The notes under the pieces are model-generated. The model was given only the letters and a program-made list of their open reading frames with translations. It was not told the DNA's origin and made no database searches. A stretch of DNA of 64,000 bases from Rikenellaceae bacterium (GTDB taxonomy: Bacteria; Bacteroidota; Bacteroidia; Bacteroidales; Rikenellaceae): contig JAVBOL010000009.1 in the NCBI GenBank assembly GCA_031550615.1, positions 10,026-74,025 on the forward strand, in the 5' to 3' direction. Positions 17,823 through 26,974 of the stretch are shown one piece after another. Positions within the stretch are counted from its first letter, which is position 1. The number at the start of each line of letters is the position of its first letter. A program made the translations under genes and the position numbers.

Positions 17823-20212
17823 AACACTTCGAGTTTGGCGAATTTCTGCAGCAGCGTGCGCTTGCCGGTTTGCGGACCGAAGTCGATGGTCAGTTTCACG
17901 TCGCCGGCGATCTGCTCGGTCGAGGAGATGATCCCCTCGCCGAATTTGGTGTGCCGCACGCGCGTGCCGGCGGTCAGCGCCCCTGCCACGGCGGGGGTGT
18001 TCTCGGTCGTAGACACGGCACGCACACCCATGCTGCGCATCCCTTCGGTCGAGGGGCGCGGGGTGCTCACATCGACTTTCGGGGTGCGGGGTTGGTCGTC
18101 ACGGCGGGGGTAGCCGTGTGGGGCATTACCGCGCGGGTTGGCCTGATCGTGCTGCTCGGCGATGCGGCGGTTGCGCACGTCGAAGCGCTGGCGCATCTGG
18201 TCGATGGCTTCCGCAGGGCGCGGATCGGGCCCCGCCTCGTCCAGTAGCCCCTCGGCGTCGATATATTTAGGATCGATCTCGGTCAGAAAGCGGCTGGGAC
18301 GCGAAAAGGTCATCTGTCCCCACTTGAAACGCTGGCGCGCGAACGACACGGCGGCTTCGACCCCGGCGCGGGTCAGCGCGACGTAGAACAGGCGGCGCTC
18401 CTCCTCCAACCCTTCCGGCGTACCCATTCCCATCTGGTTGGGAAATAGGTTTTCCTCCATACCGGCTATCAGCACATATTTGAATTCCAGTCCCTTGGCG
18501 GCATGTACGGTCATCAGGGTCACTTTGTTGCGTTCGCCCTCCTGCTCGTTGTCGGCGTCGGTTATCAGTGCGACGTTGGCCAGCCACTCCTCGATCGTGG
18601 GCAGCGCGCCTTCGTTTTCTGCGGCGTACTCCTCGGCGAAGGTGTGCAGCGAGTTTATCAGCTCCTCGATATTCTCCAGGGCGCTCATCGCCTCGGGGTT
18701 CTGGTCGGCCTTGTACATCGCCAGCAGCCCCGAGCGCGTGGCGACCTGCATACCGAATTCGTAGAGCGTGGCGTGCTCGCGTGCGAGTGAAAGCTCTTCG
18801 ATCATCGCGGCGAATTCGTGCACTTTGCGCGCCGCCCCGGCGTTGAGGCCCATTGCGGCGGGGTCTATGGTACGCATTGCCTCCATCATTCCGGTGCCGT
18901 TGCCGGCTGCCGTCGCGATGCGCTCGACCGTTACGTCGCCGATGCCGCGCGCGGGGAAATTTATAACCCTGCGCAGCGCCTCCTCGTCGCGGGGGTTGAC
19001 CGTCAGGCGGATGTATGCCACCAGGTCCTTGACCTCCTTGCGCTGGTAGAACGATGTGCCGCCGTATATTTTATAAGGCACGCCACGCCGCCGCAGCGCC
19101 TCCTCTATCGTGCGCGACTGGGCGTTGGTGCGGTAGAGGACCGCCGCGTCGCTCCATTCGGCGCTCCCGTCGCGCACCATGCGACGCAGCTCGTCCGAGA
19201 GCATGGCGGCCTCCTCCTGGTCGGTGTAGGCTGCCAGCACCTTTATCTTTTCGCCGACCGGCCCTTCAGAGAAAGACTCTTTTTTGATGCGGTTGGCGTT
19301 CTTTTCGATCACGCTGTTGGCCGCCGACACGATGGTGCGCGTCGAGCGGTAATTCTGCTCAAGTTTGAATATCTGCGCCGCGGGGAAATCGTTGCGGAAA
19401 CGCAGTATGTTCTCGACCTTCGCCCCGCGGAAGGAGTAGATGCTCTGCGCGTCGTCACCCACCACGCACACGCGCGAATGGAGTTGCGCCAGGCGGCGGA
19501 TGATTATATACTGGGCGTAGTTGGTGTCCTGGTACTCGTCGACCAGGATATACTGGAACGCCTGTTGGTATTTGGCGGTCACGGCTGGGTGGTCGCGGAA
19601 AAGTATGTTTATGTTGAGCAGCAAATCGTCGAAATCCATCGCCCCGAATTCGCGGCAACGGCGCGTGTACTCCTTATATATATTGACGATCTCGGGCTTG
19701 CGGTTCTGGCGGTCCTCGGCGATCAGGTTGGTGTTGGCCTCGTAGGCCGCCGCCGTGACCAGGTTGTTCTTGGCCAGCGAGATGCGCGAGAGCACGTCGG
19801 CGGGCTTATATATCTCGTCCGAAAGGTTGAGGTCTTTGATAATGCGCTTGACCAGGTTGCGGCTGTCCGCCGTGTCGTATATCGTGAATGTGGCCGGATA
19901 ACCCAGCGAGGCGGCCTCGGCGCGCAGTATTCGCGAAAAGACCGAGTGGAAAGTGCCCATCCACAACCGGCGCGCCTTGGCGGGGTCGACCATGCGCATG
20001 ATACGTTCGCGCATTTCGCGGGCGGCCTTATTGGTAAAGGTGAGGGCGAGCACAGACGCGGGGTCCACTCCCTGCTCGAGCATCCACGCGATGCGGCAGG
20101 TCAGAACGCGGGTCTTGCCCGACCCCGCCCCGGCGACGATCAGCGAGGGGTGCTGGAAATTGACCACTGCGGCATGCTGCGCCGGATTGAGGTTTTTTAG
20201 GATTTCTGACAT
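17819..20212 (-). CDS. ATP-dependent DNA helicase, UvrD/PcrA/Rep family
   Basis: AGAGSGKT Walker A, VDEYQDTN, and TVHAAKGLEF motifs. Start set to ATG 20212 because the track's TTG at 20224 sits inside the promoter box. Confidence 0.9.
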   Translation of the reverse strand: MSEILKNLNPAQHAAVVNFQHPSLIVAGAGSGKTRVLTCRIAWMLEQGVDPASVLALTFTNKAAREMRERIMRMVDPAKARRLWMGTFHSVFSRILRAEAASLGYPATFTIYDTADSRNLVKRIIKDLNLSDEIYKPADVLSRISLAKNNLVTAAAYEANTNLIAEDRQNRKPEIVNIYKEYTRRCREFGAMDFDDLLLNINILFRDHPAVTAKYQQAFQYILVDEYQDTNYAQYIIIRRLAQLHSRVCVVGDDAQSIYSFRGAKVENILRFRNDFPAAQIFKLEQNYRSTRTIVSAANSVIEKNANRIKKESFSEGPVGEKIKVLAAYTDQEEAAMLSDELRRMVRDGSAEWSDAAVLYRTNAQSRTIEEALRRRGVPYKIYGGTSFYQRKEVKDLVAYIRLTVNPRDEEALRRVINFPARGIGDVTVERIATAAGNGTGMMEAMRTIDPAAMGLNAGAARKVHEFAAMIEELSLAREHATLYEFGMQVATRSGLLAMYKADQNPEAMSALENIEELINSLHTFAEEYAAENEGALPTIEEWLANVALITDADNEQEGERNKVTLMTVHAAKGLEFKYVLIAGMEENLFPNQMGMGTPEGLEEERRLFYVALTRAGVEAAVSFARQRFKWGQMTFSRPSRFLTEIDPKYIDAEGLLDEAGPDPRPAEAIDQMRQRFDVRNRRIAEQHDQANPRGNAPHGYPRRDDQPRTPKVDVSTPRPSTEGMRSMGVRAVSTTENTPAVAGALTAGTRVRHTKFGEGIISSTEQIAGDVKLTIDFGPQTGKRTLLQKFAKLEVL

Positions 20213-20221
20213 AACGAGAGG

Positions 20222-20229
20222 CAAAGTTA
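20222..20229 (-). promoter_or_regulatory. -7 promoter box (TAACTTTG, minus strand)
   Basis: CAAAGTTA on the plus strand, 9 nt upstream of ATG 20212. Confidence 0.45.
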
Positions 20230-20265
20230 AGACAGAAACCTTTAAAAAATTCCGGTTTTTTATAA

Positions 20266-20273
20266 TATCTTTG
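20266..20273 (+). promoter_or_regulatory. -7 promoter box (TATCTTTG)
   Basis: About 50 nt upstream of ATG 20323. Confidence 0.5.
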
Positions 20274-20322
20274 CATTCCGTCCGTTGTAGATATTAAACG
20301 ACATATTTAGCGGTTGTTGATT

Positions 20323-21180
20323 ATGGAAACTGTGAGTGGCGTCGACCGCGCCAAATGTATCAAATGCGGCAAATGCGTAAGGGTTTGCCCCTCTGAGATC
20401 TTTGCGATCGAGGCGGATGGCGTAGTGCTGCACGACCCCGCAACGTGCATCGGCTGTGGCCATTGCGTGGGCGTGTGCCCCGAGGACGCGGTGATACACC
20501 CCCTCTTCCCCGAAGGAAAGATGCACCGGATCGACCATTCGCAGATGCCCACCCCGGACCAGGTGATGCTGCTCTCCCTCGCGCGCCGCTCGAACCGCGC
20601 CTTCGCCCGTGGCGCCGTACCTGCCGCGTCGCTTGAAATGATCGCCCGCGCCGCATCGGCAGCCCCCACCGCCAGCAATTCCCGCAATCTGGAATTTACG
20701 CTGGTCACCGACCCCGCCGCGCTGCAAAAGGTCATAGACCTGGGCATGCTGGCCATCAGGCACAACTATAAACTGCTCAAAAACCCGCTTCTCAAACCGA
20801 TATTGAAGCGCACGATGCCAGACGTGGTGCGCTACGTCCCCGTTTTCGAGCGCATCATAAAGCGTCATGCCGAAGGGGGTGACCCGATCCTGCGCACGGC
20901 GACCGCGCTGATGCTTATCACCACCCCGGAAAAAAGCCGTTTCGGGGAGATCGATGCCTCGCTGGCTTACCAGAACGGGTCGCTGATGGCCGAGAGCCTG
21001 GGCGTGAGCCAGTTCTACACCGGATTTCTGATTACCGCGATAAAAATGTACCCCGGCAAACTCGAAAAGATGCTCGGCATCGAGGGCCGCATAAAAGCAG
21101 GTATGGCCCTGGGCATGCCCGCCGTGAAATTCGTAAAATATTTCGAGCGGGGCGACCAGAAGATAACATCAATAAATTAA
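20323..21180 (+). CDS. 2x[4Fe-4S] ferredoxin domain fused to a nitroreductase-family domain
   Basis: CIKCGKCVRVCP and CIGCGHCVGVCP motifs. The rest resembles the nitroreductase fold (RRSNRAF...). ATG at 20323. Confidence 0.75.
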   Translation: METVSGVDRAKCIKCGKCVRVCPSEIFAIEADGVVLHDPATCIGCGHCVGVCPEDAVIHPLFPEGKMHRIDHSQMPTPDQVMLLSLARRSNRAFARGAVPAASLEMIARAASAAPTASNSRNLEFTLVTDPAALQKVIDLGMLAIRHNYKLLKNPLLKPILKRTMPDVVRYVPVFERIIKRHAEGGDPILRTATALMLITTPEKSRFGEIDASLAYQNGSLMAESLGVSQFYTGFLITAIKMYPGKLEKMLGIEGRIKAGMALGMPAVKFVKYFERGDQKITSIN

Positions 21181-21189
21181 AACATAGTT

Positions 21190-22188
21190 ATGAGTGAAGT
21201 GATCAACATCAAGGAGCTCAACGAACGCATCGAGCGCGAAAGCCAGTTCGTCGACGCCCTGAACATGGAGATGGGCAAAGTGATCGTAGGCCAGCGCCAC
21301 CTGGTCGACACCCTTATGATCGGCCTTCTGTCCAACGGGCACATCCTGCTGGAGGGCGTGCCCGGACTGGCCAAGACGCTGGCCATCACCACGCTGGCGC
21401 AGTGCATGGACGCCAAGTTCAGCCGCATACAGTTCACCCCCGACCTTCTGCCCGCCGACCTGCTCGGCACGCTGATCTACTCGCAGAAGAACGAGGAGTT
21501 CGCCGTGCGCAAAGGCCCCGTTTTCGCCAACTTCGTGCTGGCGGACGAGATCAACCGCTCCCCGGCCAAGGTGCAGAGCGCGTTGCTCGAAGCCATGCAG
21601 GAGCGCCAGGTGACCATCGGTGATCAGACCTACCCCCTTCCCGCGCCGTTCCTGGTGCTGGCCACGCAAAACCCGCTCGAACAGGAGGGTACCTACCCCC
21701 TTCCCGAGGCGCAGGTCGACCGTTTCATGCTCAAGGCGCGCATCACCTACCCCAAGAAGGCCGAGGAGAGGGACATCGTGCGCATGAACCTCTCCGGCGA
21801 CGGCATGCCGCACCCCAACCGCATCATCTCGCCCGAGGACATCATCAAGGCGCGCGGGGTGGTCAGCGACGTGTATATGGACGAGAAGATCGAGAAATAT
21901 ATCATCGACATCATCTTCGCCACCCGCGAACCTGGCGAGTACAACCTCTCCAAGCTGCAACCCCTTATCACCTACGGCGGATCGCCTCGCGCGAGCATCT
22001 CGCTGGCCAAGGCCGCCAAGGCCTACGCCTTCATCAAACGCCGCGGCTATGTGATCCCCGAGGACGTGAGGGCCGTGTGCCACGACGCGCTGCGCCACCG
22101 CATCGGCCTATCGTACGAAGCCGAGGCCGAAAATATTACATCCGAAGAGATCATCACCGAGATACTCAACAACGTCGAAGTGCCTTAG
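21190..22188 (+). CDS. MoxR-family AAA+ ATPase
   Basis: LLEGVPGLAKT Walker A, FANFVLADEINR Walker B, 332 aa. Confidence 0.92.
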   Translation: MSEVINIKELNERIERESQFVDALNMEMGKVIVGQRHLVDTLMIGLLSNGHILLEGVPGLAKTLAITTLAQCMDAKFSRIQFTPDLLPADLLGTLIYSQKNEEFAVRKGPVFANFVLADEINRSPAKVQSALLEAMQERQVTIGDQTYPLPAPFLVLATQNPLEQEGTYPLPEAQVDRFMLKARITYPKKAEERDIVRMNLSGDGMPHPNRIISPEDIIKARGVVSDVYMDEKIEKYIIDIIFATREPGEYNLSKLQPLITYGGSPRASISLAKAAKAYAFIKRRGYVIPEDVRAVCHDALRHRIGLSYEAEAENITSEEIITEILNNVEVP

Positions 22189-22191
22189 ATC

Positions 22192-22275
22192 AATTATGAA
22201 TTTAGAATTATGAATTATGAATTGGGCCCGGCCTGATTCCGTAATTAATAATTCATAACTCATAACTCATAATTT
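22192..22275. repeat. AT-rich imperfect inverted repeat built from TTATGAA/TTCATAA heptamers
   Basis: Left arm AATTATGAATTTAGAATTATGAATTATGAATT. GC-rich central loop GGGCCCGGCCTGATTCCGT. Right arm AATTAATAATTCATAACTCATAACTCATAATT. Confidence 0.8.
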
Positions 22276-22277
22276 AT

Positions 22278-23162
22278 ATGGAGTCTCAGACCGACATATT
22301 AAAGCAGGTACGCAAGATAGAGATCAAGACGCGGGGGCTCTCGCGCGAGATCTTTGCCGGCAAGTACCACACGGCGTTCAAGGGGCGCGGCATGTCCTTC
22401 AGCGAGGTGCGCGAATACCGCCCCGGGGACGACGTGCGCGACATCGACTGGAACGTCACCGCCCGCAGCCGCTCACCCCATATCAAGGTATATGAGGAGG
22501 AGCGCGAGTTGACGGTGATGCTCATGGTCGACGTGAGCTCCTCGCGTATGTTCGGCACCACGGACAAGATCAAAAAGAACATGATAACCGAGATCGCCGC
22601 CGTGCTGGCCTTTTCCGCCGCACAGAATAACGACAAGGTGGGCTGCATGTTCTTCTCGGACCGCGTGGAGAAATATATCCCCCCCAAGAAAGGCCGCGCC
22701 CACGTGCTGATGATAATCCGCGAGTTGATAGAATTCACGCCCGAGCACACGGCCACCGACCTGTCCGAACCGCTGCGCCAGCTGACCAACGCGATCAAAA
22801 AGCGCTCGACGGCCTTTATCCTCTCGGACTTCCTGGATTTCGAGGGCGACGCCCCGCGTTACGAGCACGCCCTGAATATCGCCACAGGCAAACACGACCT
22901 GGTGGGCATCCGCATCTGGGACCGCCGCGAGGCCGAGCTTCCCGACGTGGGATTTTTAGAGTTGTGCGATGCCGAGTCCGGACGTAAGGTCATGGTCGAC
23001 AGCTCCTCGCGTAGCGTCCGCGAGGCGTGGGCCGGGAGTTGGCGCAGACGCAGCGCGGCTATCGACCGCACCCTCAAACGCGCCCGGGTCGACTACACCG
23101 ACGTTGCCACGGGCGAGGATTACGTATCTTCGCTGATAAAACTATTCAAACAACGCGCATGA
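22278..23162 (+). CDS. DUF58 domain protein (MoxR partner)
   Basis: YRPGDDVRDIDWNVTAR motif is typical of DUF58. Confidence 0.88.
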   Translation: MESQTDILKQVRKIEIKTRGLSREIFAGKYHTAFKGRGMSFSEVREYRPGDDVRDIDWNVTARSRSPHIKVYEEERELTVMLMVDVSSSRMFGTTDKIKKNMITEIAAVLAFSAAQNNDKVGCMFFSDRVEKYIPPKKGRAHVLMIIRELIEFTPEHTATDLSEPLRQLTNAIKKRSTAFILSDFLDFEGDAPRYEHALNIATGKHDLVGIRIWDRREAELPDVGFLELCDAESGRKVMVDSSSRSVREAWAGSWRRRSAAIDRTLKRARVDYTDVATGEDYVSSLIKLFKQRA

Positions 23163-24169
23163 AAACTTTTTTTGCATTTTCGTTTGTTGCGCTTTGCACC
23201 GCCCTCACCGTTCTGGGCCAAAGCCCCGCCGTGCCCGACTCCGTGCGCAGGGCCAACGCCCCGATAGTCACGGCGCGTTTCGTGCCCGACAGCGTGGGCC
23301 TGGGCGACCGTTTTCGTCTGAGGCTCGAAGTGACCAAAGACATAATGCAGCAGATAGGCTGGCCGGAAGGCAAACCGGGAGAGAACGGTCAGCCGACCAT
23401 GTTCACCGACCACATCGAGCAGGTGGCCGACCTGCCGCAGGACACCGTGCGCGTCGAGGGCCGCCGCGTTACGCTCTCCAAGGAGTGGGAGTTGACCTGC
23501 TTCAAGGACGGGTGGCACGGGCTGAAACATATCCCGGTGCTGTTTTCCGACAAGAATATCGTCGACTCGGTCTACGCGCGCCCCGATTCGATCATGATCT
23601 TCGTGGGTACGTTCGAGATAGACACCCTCACCCAGCAGATCTACGACATCAAGCCCGTGTTGGGCGCCCCGCTGCGTTTCGGCGAGTTTTCGGGATGGCT
23701 GCTGATGGCCTGGGCGCTGGTCGCTCTTATCATCGTGGGGATACTGATATATATCGACTGGAAGCGCAACGGTCGTCCCTTCTGGGCCCCACGCGAGAAA
23801 GAACCGCCCCACCTGGCCGCCATACGCGCCCTCGAAGCGCTCAGCCACCAGAAATTGTGGCAGAACAACAAACACAAGCAGTACTACACGCTTCTGGCCG
23901 ACATCGTGCGCACATATATCGAAGGGCGCTACGGCGTGGCGGCGATGGAGATGACCTCGGACGAGCTTCTGGGCGCCATGCGCGGGCTCGACCTGCCCGA
24001 GCGCAACCGCCGTCAGCTCACCACGCTCTTCTCGGTGGCCGACCTGGCGAAATTCGCCAAGTACACGCCCCCGGCGGAGGATAACGAGAGCTGCTATAAC
24101 GACGCATACTACTTCGTCGAGGACACCAAGCCCGCCGAAGAGGAGCAACCAACACAGGAGAAGTCATGA
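23159..24169 (+). CDS. Membrane protein of the Bat-like operon (signal peptide + periplasmic domain + TM + DUF4381-like C-terminus)
   Basis: ATG at 23159 overlaps the DUF58 stop. MKTFFAFSFVALCTALTVLGQ signal peptide. TM segment WLLMAWALVALIIVGILIYI. The C-terminal part resembles DUF4381 (from memory). Confidence 0.6.
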   Translation: MKTFFAFSFVALCTALTVLGQSPAVPDSVRRANAPIVTARFVPDSVGLGDRFRLRLEVTKDIMQQIGWPEGKPGENGQPTMFTDHIEQVADLPQDTVRVEGRRVTLSKEWELTCFKDGWHGLKHIPVLFSDKNIVDSVYARPDSIMIFVGTFEIDTLTQQIYDIKPVLGAPLRFGEFSGWLLMAWALVALIIVGILIYIDWKRNGRPFWAPREKEPPHLAAIRALEALSHQKLWQNNKHKQYYTLLADIVRTYIEGRYGVAAMEMTSDELLGAMRGLDLPERNRRQLTTLFSVADLAKFAKYTPPAEDNESCYNDAYYFVEDTKPAEEEQPTQEKS

Positions 24170-24846
24170 AACGGGTTTTGATATTTTCGCTGGCCCTTTT
24201 TACGACGCTCGGCGCTGCGGCGCAGAAATACCCCGAGCGCCGCGTGGTCCGCTCCGGCAACCGCTCCTATGAAAAGGAGAAGTACGTCGAGGCCGAGATC
24301 ACCTACCGCCGTGCGCTGGAGAAGAACGCGGCCAGCTACGAGGCTGCGGACAACCTCGCCAAATCGCTCTACAAGCAGCAACGCTGGGACGAAGCCGCAC
24401 AGGCGTTTTCTCCCCTGGCCGCTGACAGCCTTAACCGGGCCCATGCCCCGGCGGCCAACTTCGACCTTGGCAACGCCCTGTTCAAACAACGCAAGTTCGC
24501 CGAGGCGGTAGAGGCCTACAAGAGTTCGCTGCGCCTCGATCCGACCGACCAACAGGCCAAGTTCAATTTGGCCTACGCCCAGAAGATGCTCAAGGACCAG
24601 CAGGGCGGCGGTGGCGGCAACGACAAGGATAAAGACAAGAACGACCAACAACAGCAACAACAACAACCCCAGCCGCAGCAGGGCGACGGAAAGCCCCAGC
24701 CCGCAGAGCCCAGGCAGGGACAGATGAGCCAGCAGGAGGCCGAACAGATGCTCCAGGCCGTGCAGGTGGGCGAAGACAAGACCCGCGAAAAGGTCGAAAA
24801 AGAGAAAGGCAAGCCCGTGAACGCCCGGGGCGGCAAGAATTGGTAG
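24166..24846 (+). CDS. TPR-repeat exported protein, BatC-like, with Gln-rich linker
   Basis: Signal peptide, TPR-like repeats, QQQQQQQPQPQQ tract. ATGA overlap with the upstream gene. Confidence 0.65.
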   Translation: MKRVLIFSLALFTTLGAAAQKYPERRVVRSGNRSYEKEKYVEAEITYRRALEKNAASYEAADNLAKSLYKQQRWDEAAQAFSPLAADSLNRAHAPAANFDLGNALFKQRKFAEAVEAYKSSLRLDPTDQQAKFNLAYAQKMLKDQQGGGGGNDKDKDKNDQQQQQQQPQPQQGDGKPQPAEPRQGQMSQQEAEQMLQAVQVGEDKTREKVEKEKGKPVNARGGKNW

Positions 24847-24867
24847 AAGAGTTTACCTGAGAGAGAA

Positions 24868-25866
24868 ATGGAGATCACAAGATTTGCAAATCCCGCGTTA
24901 CTTTGGCTGCTGCTGTTGCTGCTGCCCATGGCGGCGTGGTATATCTGGCAATGGCTCAGGGGCGGCGCGGCGATACAGGTCTCGTCGACCGACGGGGTGC
25001 TCAAAGCCCCCCGCACGGTGCGTTACTACCTGCGCCATGCGCCCTTCGTGCTGCGGTGCGCCGCCGTGGCTCTTATCATCGTGGCGGTAGCCCGCCCGCA
25101 GAGCGTCGAGAGCGGCAGTAACTCCAAAGCCGAGGGCATCGACATAGTCCTGGCATTGGACATATCGAGCAGCATGCTCGCCCGCGACTTCGAACCCGAT
25201 CGCCTGACCGCCGCCCGCGAGGTGGCCGCCAGTTTCATCAACGCCCGCCCCAACGACCGCATAGGCCTTGTGACCTTCGCCGGCGAGAGTTTTACGCAGT
25301 GCCCCCTCACGACCGATAAGCGCTCCCTTTTGAACCTGCTTTCGCAGGTGCGCACCGGCATCATCGAGGACGGCACGGCCATCGGCAACGGCCTGGCCAC
25401 CTCGGTCAACCGCCTGAAGCAGACCCCCGCCAAGAGCAAGGTGGTGATCCTGCTGACCGACGGTGTGAACAACCGCGGCCAGATCACCCCCGTGACCGCC
25501 GCCGAAGCTGCCGCCGCATTCGGCATAAAGGTCTACACCATAGGCGTCGGCACGCGCGGACAGGCCCCCTACCCGGTGGTGGATATGTTCGGTCGCCCGG
25601 CGGGTTACCAGATGATGGAGGTCGAGATCGACGAGAAGATGCTCACCGAGATAGCCTCGCTAACCGGCGGTGAATATTTCCGCGCGACGGACAAGGGCAG
25701 CCTCCAGGCCATCTACGAGCGGATCAACGACATGGAGAAAACCGAGGTCGACGTTACGGACTACACGCGCTATAACGAGCTTTTCGCGGCATTCCTTTTG
25801 GGGGCCGTGCTGCTGCTCGTTGCCGAAGCCCTTTTCAAATATTTATTCATCAGGCAAATACCATAA
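24868..25866 (+). CDS. batA: VWA domain protein, BatA-like
   Basis: N-terminal TM (ALLWLLLLLLPMAAW), MIDAS motif LDISSSM, C-terminal TM. Confidence 0.82.
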   Translation: MEITRFANPALLWLLLLLLPMAAWYIWQWLRGGAAIQVSSTDGVLKAPRTVRYYLRHAPFVLRCAAVALIIVAVARPQSVESGSNSKAEGIDIVLALDISSSMLARDFEPDRLTAAREVAASFINARPNDRIGLVTFAGESFTQCPLTTDKRSLLNLLSQVRTGIIEDGTAIGNGLATSVNRLKQTPAKSKVVILLTDGVNNRGQITPVTAAEAAAAFGIKVYTIGVGTRGQAPYPVVDMFGRPAGYQMMEVEIDEKMLTEIASLTGGEYFRATDKGSLQAIYERINDMEKTEVDVTDYTRYNELFAAFLLGAVLLLVAEALFKYLFIRQIP

Positions 25867-25870
25867 TAGT

Positions 25871-26884
25871 ATGTTCAGATTTGCCTCACCCGAGTACCTT
25901 TACCTGCTGCTGCTCATTCCTGCGCTGGCAGGTGTGTATATCTACGCCATCGGCCGCCGCCGCGCCAACCTCGCCCGTTTCGGCGAGGCTTCGACCCTGC
26001 GCGCGCTGATGCCCGAACTCTCGCCGCGCCGCTCACGCCATAAATTCATCCTGCTGCTGCTTGCCCTTTCGTTTGCCGTGCTTGCTTTGGCGCGCCCGCA
26101 ATTCGGGTCCAAGCTGCGCGAGGTAAAACGCACCGGCATAGAGATAATGCTCTGCGTGGACGTGTCCAACAGCATGCTTGCCAAAGATTTCGAGCCCAAC
26201 CGCCTGGAGCGCACCAAGCACGCCATAGGCCGTCTTCTGGAGGGGCTGCAAAACGACCAGGTCGGGTTGGTGGTCTTCGCCGGCGACGCATACATGCAGC
26301 TGCCGATAACCTCGGACTACCTCACCGCCCGCTCGTTCGTCGACCAGGTATCCACCGACATGGTATCGCGCCAGGGCACGGCCATCGGCAAGGCCATCGA
26401 CCTGGCCGCATCGAGTTTCTCGGAGAATAGCGAGGGCAGCCGCGTGATAATCGTGATCTCCGACGGCGAGAACCACGAAGACGACCCCATCGCCGCCGCG
26501 GTACGGGCGATGGACAAGGGGATCAAGATCTACACCATAGGTATCGGCACGCCCGAAGGTGCGCCCATACCCCTGGGCGATGACTTTATCCGCGACGAAA
26601 AGGGGGAGATTGTGGTCACGCACCTCGACGAGCAGACCCTCAAGGAGACCGCCCTGACGACCGGCGGCGCCTATATCCGCGCCGACAACCGCAGCGTGGG
26701 ACTGCAGGAGATAATCGCCCAGGTCAACAAGACCGAGAAGCAAAGCCTCTCCTCGATGGTCTTCGAGGAGTATAACGAGCAGTTCCAATACCTGGCCGCC
26801 ATAGCGCTGGCGCTGCTGATCCTGGAATGTTTCGTACTGCCGCGCAAGAACAGGCTGCTGGCGCGGTTCAATATCTTCAAGTGA
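25871..26884 (+). CDS. batB: VWA domain protein, BatB-like
   Basis: ATG at 25871 (MFRFASPEYLYLLLLIPA). MIDAS motif VDVSNSM. C-terminal TM. Confidence 0.8.
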   Translation: MFRFASPEYLYLLLLIPALAGVYIYAIGRRRANLARFGEASTLRALMPELSPRRSRHKFILLLLALSFAVLALARPQFGSKLREVKRTGIEIMLCVDVSNSMLAKDFEPNRLERTKHAIGRLLEGLQNDQVGLVVFAGDAYMQLPITSDYLTARSFVDQVSTDMVSRQGTAIGKAIDLAASSFSENSEGSRVIIVISDGENHEDDPIAAAVRAMDKGIKIYTIGIGTPEGAPIPLGDDFIRDEKGEIVVTHLDEQTLKETALTTGGAYIRADNRSVGLQEIIAQVNKTEKQSLSSMVFEEYNEQFQYLAAIALALLILECFVLPRKNRLLARFNIFK

Positions 26885-26896
26885 CCGGACTTTAAT

Positions 26897-26930
26897 AAAG
26901 TGCGTCCTACCCCAAGGTAGGACGCACTTT
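26897..26930. terminator. Hairpin terminator
   Basis: AAAGTGCGTCCTACC-CCAA-GGTAGGACGCACTTT, then GTTTT. Confidence 0.75.
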
Positions 26931-26974
26931 GTTTTGCGCAGTGGCGAATTGTACGGATTGCATCGCAGTCCGGT

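Noticed and set aside
18818-20200. 460-aa ORF on the plus strand.
   Set aside because: It is antisense to the UvrD/PcrA helicase gene, which has all the helicase motifs. The antisense product is Arg/Gly/Val-rich with no recognisable domain.
22192-22275. Considered an invertible promoter (inverton) for the AT-rich inverted repeat.
   Set aside because: The arms are separated by only about 19 nt, with no room for a promoter between them. No recombinase gene is nearby. It is kept as an unexplained element rather than a phase-variation switch.
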